Virus record (IMG/VR): IMGVR_UViG_3300021082_000076
Location: 1-32,130 of that record
Source of the DNA: a virus
Lineage: Duplodnaviria; Caudoviricetes
DNA: 32,130 bases
Reading direction: 5' to 3' (one strand)
The position numbers were made by a program, and so were the translations under genes. The notes under the pieces are model-generated. The model was not told the DNA's origin, made no database searches, and saw nothing but the letters and a program-made list of their open reading frames with translations. Positions 26,677 through 32,130 of the stretch are shown in pieces (the first letter of the stretch is position 1; each line of letters opens with the position of its first letter).

Positions 26677-26734
26677 CAAGTCCAGTCCACCCCATCCCTA
26701 GGATGACCAGTGCAACCCCAAAGGAGCTAAACCA

Positions 26735-27703
26735 GTGAGCAACCAATACCATCCCGGCCAGACAGCGCAAGCCATACCGCTGCAGCCGAAGGCGGTGAAC
26801 GCATACCGCGATGTATGGCGCCGAATTCGCGATAACGGCTTCGATGTCATCCCGCTGCGGGGCCGAGATGGCCCGTTCAAGGGCTGGCCGACCGAGGCCA
26901 ATGACGATGCTTCGATCGCGCATTGGCGCGGCAAGGCAGCTGGGATCCGGATGTATAAGTCGACGGCTTTCGTGATCGACCTGGACGTGCGCAGCCTGAT
27001 CGTGCGCGAGGCACTGATGGGGGCGCTGTCGCGGCGCTGGCCGGACTTCATGCGCAATTGCCTGCGGCGTACTTCAGGCGGCACCACTATGGCGCTGATC
27101 GGCCAGGTCGCCACCGCGCATAAGCGGCGCTGGACGGCGCGGTTTAAATCCAAGGAGGACAAGCCGCACCTGGTCGAATACTTCGGCCCCAACGACAAAC
27201 GCTACGTGGCGGTACACGGCTATCACTCAGAGGGCCGTGAGTACGGTTATGAAGGGCGGCGCGGCTCAATCCTGAACAACAAGCTGGCCGAGCTGCCGTG
27301 GTTTCCCGATGCCGACATCGCCGAGATGATCGGGCTGTGCGAGCAAACCATGACCGAGCTGGGCCTTGAACAGATCGTGCTCGAGCACGCGCATATGCCA
27401 GGCGAGCGGATCTACGATCTCAAGCCGGACGACGTGATGATGCTGTCGGATGGCGAGCGGATCAAATTGTCCGACCTGGAGAAGCGGGCCGGCGCCGGCA
27501 AGATCAAGGGCTTTGCCAATATCTGGGACAAGGAATCAAAGACCCGCGATCGTGTCCTGGTGAACAAGTCCGGCGCCGCCGGCCTGACGCTATGGGACAC
27601 CAAGCATGGGGTCTCGCACCGCTGGGCTTCGCTGTCGCCGGCCGAGGATATTGAGCTTCGCCAGATGCTCAACAGCATCAGGCACCCGTGGGAGGGCAAG
27701 TGA
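26735..27703 (+). CDS. Bifunctional primase/polymerase (Prim-Pol, AEP)-like protein
   Basis: 'GFDVIPL...P.KGW', 'AGIR', 'VIDLDV', 'YVAVHGYHSEGREY'; AGGAG RBS with GTG start. Confidence 0.75.
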   Translation: MSNQYHPGQTAQAIPLQPKAVNAYRDVWRRIRDNGFDVIPLRGRDGPFKGWPTEANDDASIAHWRGKAAGIRMYKSTAFVIDLDVRSLIVREALMGALSRRWPDFMRNCLRRTSGGTTMALIGQVATAHKRRWTARFKSKEDKPHLVEYFGPNDKRYVAVHGYHSEGREYGYEGRRGSILNNKLAELPWFPDADIAEMIGLCEQTMTELGLEQIVLEHAHMPGERIYDLKPDDVMMLSDGERIKLSDLEKRAGAGKIKGFANIWDKESKTRDRVLVNKSGAAGLTLWDTKHGVSHRWASLSPAEDIELRQMLNSIRHPWEGK

Positions 27704-29172
27704 TGGCGACCGCATACCTGATGCCGGCCAGGCCGGCGGATACTGATTCGCTGGATACCAAGGTGGCTTGGCTGGTGCTAACGCACGGCTATGACGCCCG
27801 CGCCGGCAAGGTGGTGATGCTGTACGAACCCTCGGCCAGCTGCGCGATGACGCCGCAATCGTTCAAGCTCGAGTATGCGGCCTGGTCGGAGATGATGCCA
27901 CGGATGGGTGCCAATGGGCCGCTCACTCCCAGGCTTACTTACGCGACCGACTTGTGGGAGCGCAGCGCGAGCAGGATGTCGATCGCCGGCGTGCGGATGC
28001 GGCCGGATATGGACTTCCCGGTCTATTGCGAAGACGGGCAGTGGTTCAAGAACACCTACCGCAGGCCTACCCATGTCGACGACGGCACCGGCGAGGTGGA
28101 TACCTTCCTGGAATTCCTCGAGCGGTTCGTGCCGGACGAGACCGACCGCACCTGGAACCTGGACTGGATGGCGCACAAGTGGCTCTACCCGCACATCCCC
28201 GGCACCTCGCCCTGGTACGTGGCCGACGTCGACGCCGGCCCGCTCGGTGGCAAGTTTGGCGTGGGCCGCGGCATGATGTTTCGGATCATGGCCAAGCTCT
28301 ATGGCGAGGCCTACTGCCGAGCCGAGGACTTCGACATTCTGGCCGGCACCAGTGCTCAGGCTGTGTACACGGACTGGCAGGCCTACTCGATCATGGTCAC
28401 AGTCGACGAGGCGCATAGCTCGCCCACGGCGTACCGCCGCGGTGAGAAGCGCAGCGTGTACACGGCGCTGAAGAACTGTATCGACCCGGCGCCGAAGCGG
28501 CGCACCTTCAAGATCAAGGGCGGCCAGGCGTTCGATGCGATGAGCTTTTGCTCGGTGGTGGTGGCGACCAACCACGCCAATGCCGCGGCGATCCCGGCTG
28601 CCGACCGCAGGATCACAGTGCTGCGCAATGGCCGGCCAATGCTGCCGGACGAGGCTAAGGCACTCGATGCATGGATGAATAAGCCGGCCAATATCGCGGC
28701 GCTGGCAGCCTACCTGGAGACCAGCGACCTATCCAAGTTCGACATGTTCAACCCACTGAAGACCGCGGCCAAGGACGAGATGGCGGATCTATCCCTGAAC
28801 GAGGTCGAGCACGCGCTCAACGACTTCGCCGCAGATCCCGATCGTGGCCTGGTATTCCCACGGCTATTCCTCGAGCGCGAGATGGAAGCGCAGATGACCG
28901 GCGATGGCGAGCGGATGGGGCCGCGGGACACGGCGTGGCGGGGGATGCTGGCCGGCGCCTTCGATGAGCACTGTGTCACGGTCAAGCGGGTGAACGGTCG
29001 GGATAAGGCTAAAATCCTAATCAGCAAGCGGCGCTACACGCTGTATTGCTTCCGCTGCAACCAGGCCGCGGCGAACTTGCTCAACGAAACCGAGCGGCGC
29101 GAGCACGCGGCCAAGTGGGGTTCGATCGACAGTCTGCAGACTATGCTGCGCGAGGTTAAGGGTGGCCCATAG
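27703..29172 (+). CDS. Primase-associated P-loop helicase (DUF5906/SF3-like)
   Basis: 'LDWMAH...P', Walker A-like GKFGVGRG, Walker B VTVDEA, sensor VATNH, arginine finger DRR; TGATG-coupled to the primase. Confidence 0.8.
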   Translation: MATAYLMPARPADTDSLDTKVAWLVLTHGYDARAGKVVMLYEPSASCAMTPQSFKLEYAAWSEMMPRMGANGPLTPRLTYATDLWERSASRMSIAGVRMRPDMDFPVYCEDGQWFKNTYRRPTHVDDGTGEVDTFLEFLERFVPDETDRTWNLDWMAHKWLYPHIPGTSPWYVADVDAGPLGGKFGVGRGMMFRIMAKLYGEAYCRAEDFDILAGTSAQAVYTDWQAYSIMVTVDEAHSSPTAYRRGEKRSVYTALKNCIDPAPKRRTFKIKGGQAFDAMSFCSVVVATNHANAAAIPAADRRITVLRNGRPMLPDEAKALDAWMNKPANIAALAAYLETSDLSKFDMFNPLKTAAKDEMADLSLNEVEHALNDFAADPDRGLVFPRLFLEREMEAQMTGDGERMGPRDTAWRGMLAGAFDEHCVTVKRVNGRDKAKILISKRRYTLYCFRCNQAAANLLNETERREHAAKWGSIDSLQTMLREVKGGP

Positions 29173-29424
29173 GGGGTGGGCCGGTCGGGGCCACACCCTG
29201 AATTGTTACAGGGTTCGTGATCAAAAAGCCCTGAAAAAGTTCCATCGCGCAACGAACAGCGGGCCAGGGCCACACTAGCGGGCCATAGCCGGACCATAAG
29301 TAACTGTCTGATTTTAAACTGATAAAAGGCGGTGTGGCCCAGTGGCCCTGTAGTAGTAGGGTATATATATATATATATTATATATTATATATATAGCTAC
29401 CAGACATCAGGCGGGCCACACCGC
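29163..29424. repeat. Putative replication origin: GGGCCA(CAC) repeats, 34-bp A/T tract, 12-bp inverted repeat
   Basis: About eight GGGCCA copies in both orientations. A TA tract at 29362-29395 is flanked by GCGGTGTGGCCC (29329-29340) and GGGCCACACCGC (29413-29424). Confidence 0.6.
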
Positions 29425-29432
29425 GGCCGGCA

Positions 29433-29789
29433 TCATTTATGCTCCGGCGGGATCCCATATCTCTCGTACATATCCATCAGGCGCATGATGACCGGCGGCA
29501 CCTTCGCGCTACCCTTGGCCATGCGGTAGATGGTTGAGCGGCCGATGCCGAGCAATTGGTTGGCGGTGTTGATATTGTAGCCAAGCTTGGCCAGTCCGAT
29601 GATGAAGCGTTCCTTGGACATGGCGGATTCTCCTCCTGGCACCTTGGCGGGAATATCCACAATTTGGGTGACCTCTAGGGCCTTGCCGCACCGGCCGGAT
29701 AATATCCGGTGGATTTGCTGGGCCTCGGCCGCGCTGGCGTCGGTTTTTCTAATCGCTTGATCGACTGCTGACTTATTATATTTTGGCAT
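29433..29789 (-). CDS. HTH DNA-binding protein
   Basis: C-terminal 'LGYNINTANQLLGIGRSTIYRMAKG..KVP'; AGGA RBS before ATG 29789. Confidence 0.75.
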   Translation of the reverse strand: MPKYNKSAVDQAIRKTDASAAEAQQIHRILSGRCGKALEVTQIVDIPAKVPGGESAMSKERFIIGLAKLGYNINTANQLLGIGRSTIYRMAKGSAKVPPVIMRLMDMYERYGIPPEHK

Positions 29790-29895
29790 CGTTTTATTCC
29801 TGTTTTGGACAGCTGCGTTTGCACCGGGCAGCTGGCTGCCCGGAGATCTAATCGGACCGCGGTTGGCGCCGCGGTCCGCTGACTGGCTCGGTCGG

Positions 29896-30180
29896 CTATT
29901 CGGTGCTGATGCCGGCCGTGTGCTCGTCTTCCTCATTGTCGGTTAGGTTCTCCAGCACATTGCCGATCGCTTCGGTGATGGCTTCGGCAACGTCATAGGT
30001 CACGGGATAGGTTTGGCCGTCGGTGTATGGGGTTTCCATGATCACACGCTCGAGCAATGCCGCGTATGGTCCGGCATCGCCGGCCGCGGACACGTTATCG
30101 TCCCGAGCTACTTCCCACATGCCTTCGGCCATGCTGTGGAAAGCACAATGCGAGTCCTCATTAGCGAATGTAATTTTCAT
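29896..30180 (-). CDS. Acidic hypothetical protein
   Basis: 94 aa in the leftward cluster; AAGG RBS. Confidence 0.6.
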   Translation of the reverse strand: MKITFANEDSHCAFHSMAEGMWEVARDDNVSAAGDAGPYAALLERVIMETPYTDGQTYPVTYDVAEAITEAIGNVLENLTDNEEDEHTAGISTE

Positions 30181-30184
30181 AGCG

Positions 30185-30358
30185 TTAGCCTTTCTTATTC
30201 AGGATATGCCAGGCATCAGCGATGCTGTGCCATTTGGTTAACAGGGCGTCTTTTTCAGCCTTGTTCAGTGTGTCGACGGCATTGCTTAGGAATGTGTCGT
30301 TAAACATCAGCTTGGATTCGGCGCTAATTATCAGCGCCTCGAGGCGATCTAACCGCAT
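30185..30358 (-). CDS. Hypothetical small protein
   Basis: Fills the gap between neighbours; ATG 30358 overlaps the upstream gene's end. Confidence 0.5.
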   Translation of the reverse strand: MRLDRLEALIISAESKLMFNDTFLSNAVDTLNKAEKDALLTKWHSIADAWHILNKKG

Positions 30359-30756
30359 ATGAAGCACCCCAACACTTCGGCTGTGATGTCGTTTACGGAT
30401 TCGATGTAATCCGGATGAGTGTCGCCATAGGCCTTGCGCACGCTATCCAGGAACGCCTTGGCCCGATCGATCGCTAGCTTGCAATCATCGCCGCACACGG
30501 AATCCACTGGCATGCTTTCCATTGCTTCATTTAGACCGCTATCAATGCCAGGGCTGTTTAGTTTGGCTTTGAAGTATTCCAGCACATTGCCGGCGATCGC
30601 GGGCTTGGCCCGTTCCTGGTCGCGTAATTCCTCGAGCACTTCCAAGGCGCCACGGGCGCGCCATCCCTCCGGGCTGGCGGTATCAGTTTCTGCGCAGCGA
30701 TCGGTTATGATTGCGATCGCGGACTCGAGTCCTTCATTCAATGTGAATTCTGACAT
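30349..30756 (-). CDS. Hypothetical protein
   Basis: 135 aa; AGGA RBS. Confidence 0.6.
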   Translation of the reverse strand: MSEFTLNEGLESAIAIITDRCAETDTASPEGWRARGALEVLEELRDQERAKPAIAGNVLEYFKAKLNSPGIDSGLNEAMESMPVDSVCGDDCKLAIDRAKAFLDSVRKAYGDTHPDYIESVNDITAEVLGCFICG

Positions 30757-30829
30757 GGTCTTTTGCTTTCCTGTTTTCGGCTAGATCGCCGCATATGCCG
30801 CGGGCAAAAGCCCGCGGCATAAGCTCCAA

Positions 30830-31636
30830 TCATCCGACAACGAATCCGCTTTGATCGCGCTTGGCCAAGCCCTTGGCATACAACGCCACAGCCGAATGCT
30901 GCGGATCGATATGCCGGACATCCGTGTCATCCCCATCAACGATAGGAAGCCCTTGGAATGAGGCGCCCGCGTCAATCATGCTTTCCACCATTGCGCGATT
31001 GCGGAACACAACGGCCAAGCGCATACCCGCGGCGATCGCCAGGTTTACCTGCTTTTGAAAATCAGGAACGCCTGAATAGCTAAACGTCAAATCATAATTG
31101 GCGGGGATATGCTTGCGGTTGGCGAGCTTGGTATAATCGTAAAATTGCACGCCAGGATAAGCTTGGATGATTCCATAGTTCTCCCAACGGATGTCGCTGG
31201 TACCATTTAGGCGAACAAGCAACACATAACCGAGCTTGGCCGCGTGCTTTTCTGCGTTGGCTACCTCGTGCTTAATCATCGCGATGCATTCATCGCGGAA
31301 TTGCAGGAAAAAGAGAGTCTTGCGCAAACGTGACATGGCCACGCTTTTCATGGCGCCGCGACCTGAGGTATTCAGGCATCCGTCATGACACTTGGCCAGC
31401 TTGGCCATTGGGCAAACATTGAAGCCCGACATTGTGTAAGGGGCGAGATAGAGAATCGCGGTCCTAAACCCAAGCTTGTTTCCCTTGATAACTTTCGTCG
31501 AACCATCAAGGCGAAGCATCGCATCGGGCTTTTGCGAAAACCATTTGAGATATTTCGGCGACGCCAGGATTGCGGCGCGTGTTGCCGGATCGATCTTTGA
31601 AAGATCGTAAATCACTGTTTCAGCGGAATATTTCAT
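30830..31636 (-). CDS. GP88-like protein (radical-SAM-related fold)
   Basis: 'LYLAP..SG.NVCP......CHDGCL..SGRG', 'RLNGTSDI.W', 'FYDYTK', 'NYDLTFSYS', 'DGDDTD.R.DP', 'LYAKG.A..D.SGFV'; AAGGA RBS before ATG 31636. Confidence 0.8.
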   Translation of the reverse strand: MKYSAETVIYDLSKIDPATRAAILASPKYLKWFSQKPDAMLRLDGSTKVIKGNKLGFRTAILYLAPYTMSGFNVCPMAKLAKCHDGCLNTSGRGAMKSVAMSRLRKTLFFLQFRDECIAMIKHEVANAEKHAAKLGYVLLVRLNGTSDIRWENYGIIQAYPGVQFYDYTKLANRKHIPANYDLTFSYSGVPDFQKQVNLAIAAGMRLAVVFRNRAMVESMIDAGASFQGLPIVDGDDTDVRHIDPQHSAVALYAKGLAKRDQSGFVVG

Positions 31637-31683
31637 GTCATGTCCTTTTCTGTTACGTTGGCGCCGGACCAAATCCGGTATGC

Positions 31684-31714
31684 GCAACATATCCCGATCG
31701 GGACATAATGCAAG
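31684..31714 (-). promoter_or_regulatory. Putative leftward promoter with a palindromic operator in the spacer
   Basis: The minus strand reads TTGCAT-N16-TATGTT. The spacer holds the perfect palindrome TCCCGATCGGGA (31692-31703). Confidence 0.45.
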
Positions 31715-32040
31715 AGTTAAATTCAAATAATTTGAGAAATAACCGGCGCCCGCAATCGGGCAACGCAGCATGGCGTGCGGCAATGGCCAAGCACGCGATC
31801 CAGCCCAATTATGCGAATCGCATGCGGTGTGTGGCGATCGCGCGCCATAGCGGGCGCCCGTGTGGCCAGCTAGCGATGCGGGGCGTTCCATGTTGTCGCT
31901 GGCATGGTGGCAACATGTTGCAAGCTTCAAAGCGGATTAGAGAGGCGAAGCGCAATGCCAGTGAAACCCCGTTTAATCGCAGCGGCCGAAGTGCTCGAAA
32001 CAGATACAAAAGCGCAAGCCTCTCTACGATCGATCGTTAA
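31708..32040 (+). CDS. HGGxSTG-type Cys/His protein (often beside the terminase small subunit)
   Basis: 'RCVAIARHSGRPCGQLAMRGVPCCRWHGG'; start uncertain. Confidence 0.6.
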   Translation: MQELNSNNLRNNRRPQSGNAAWRAAMAKHAIQPNYANRMRCVAIARHSGRPCGQLAMRGVPCCRWHGGNMLQASKRIREAKRNASETPFNRSGRSARNRYKSASLSTIDR

Positions 32041-32130
32041 GGAAGCCCTGCTAAACGTGCTTAAAGACCAGGAAGCTAGCGCTGCAGCAAAAGCCAGCGC
32101 TGGCCGGACGCTTTTGCAGTATTTTGATAA
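31955..32130 (+). CDS. Hypothetical protein, possibly terminase small subunit (3'-truncated)
   Basis: GAGG RBS. MPVKPRLIAAAEVLETDTKAQASLRSIVKEALLNVLKDQEASAAAKASAGRTLLQYFD runs off the window end. Confidence 0.45.
   Translation, partial: MPVKPRLIAAAEVLETDTKAQASLRSIVKEALLNVLKDQEASAAAKASAGRTLLQYFD

Noticed and set aside
1-32130. tRNA, rRNA, integrase, transposase or att sites
   Set aside because: None recognisable by eye, and intergenic gaps are mostly too short. A tRNAscan/Infernal run would be needed to exclude small RNAs.

Overview
This is a 32-kb segment of a GC-rich, short-tailed (podovirus-type) dsDNA phage, probably infecting Alphaproteobacteria (inferred from the VPLPA-CTERM protein and the gene set). 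The left 15 kb (+) is the virion module: scaffold end, major capsid, adaptor, nozzle, two GNAT-fold proteins, a tandem array of four short Pro/Ala-rich paralogues, ejection (internal virion) proteins, and a 982-aa protein with M15-like peptidase and GH24 lysozyme domains. The middle holds accessory genes: a VPLPA-CTERM surface protein, a Cro-like HTH, Zn-binding ORFs and an amino-methyltransferase. The replication module follows: SNF2 helicase, orphan DpdA-like transglycosylase, family A polymerase, SSB-like protein, Cas4-like DUF2800, VRR-NUC, split primase/helicase and an origin-like AT tract with repeats. A lower-GC leftward block with a GP88-like protein and the probable start of the packaging module end the window. 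The best candidate for a new system is the two-GNAT pair followed by MGGKG-starting proteins and the four paralogues sharing a C-terminal TGxx(L/V)AxxxxxxP(S/G)xW motif. Also notable are the phage-borne exosortase substrate and a 21-bp inverted repeat joining two 'WEGK*-MA' gene junctions. All calls come from motif recognition by eye; no searches were run.
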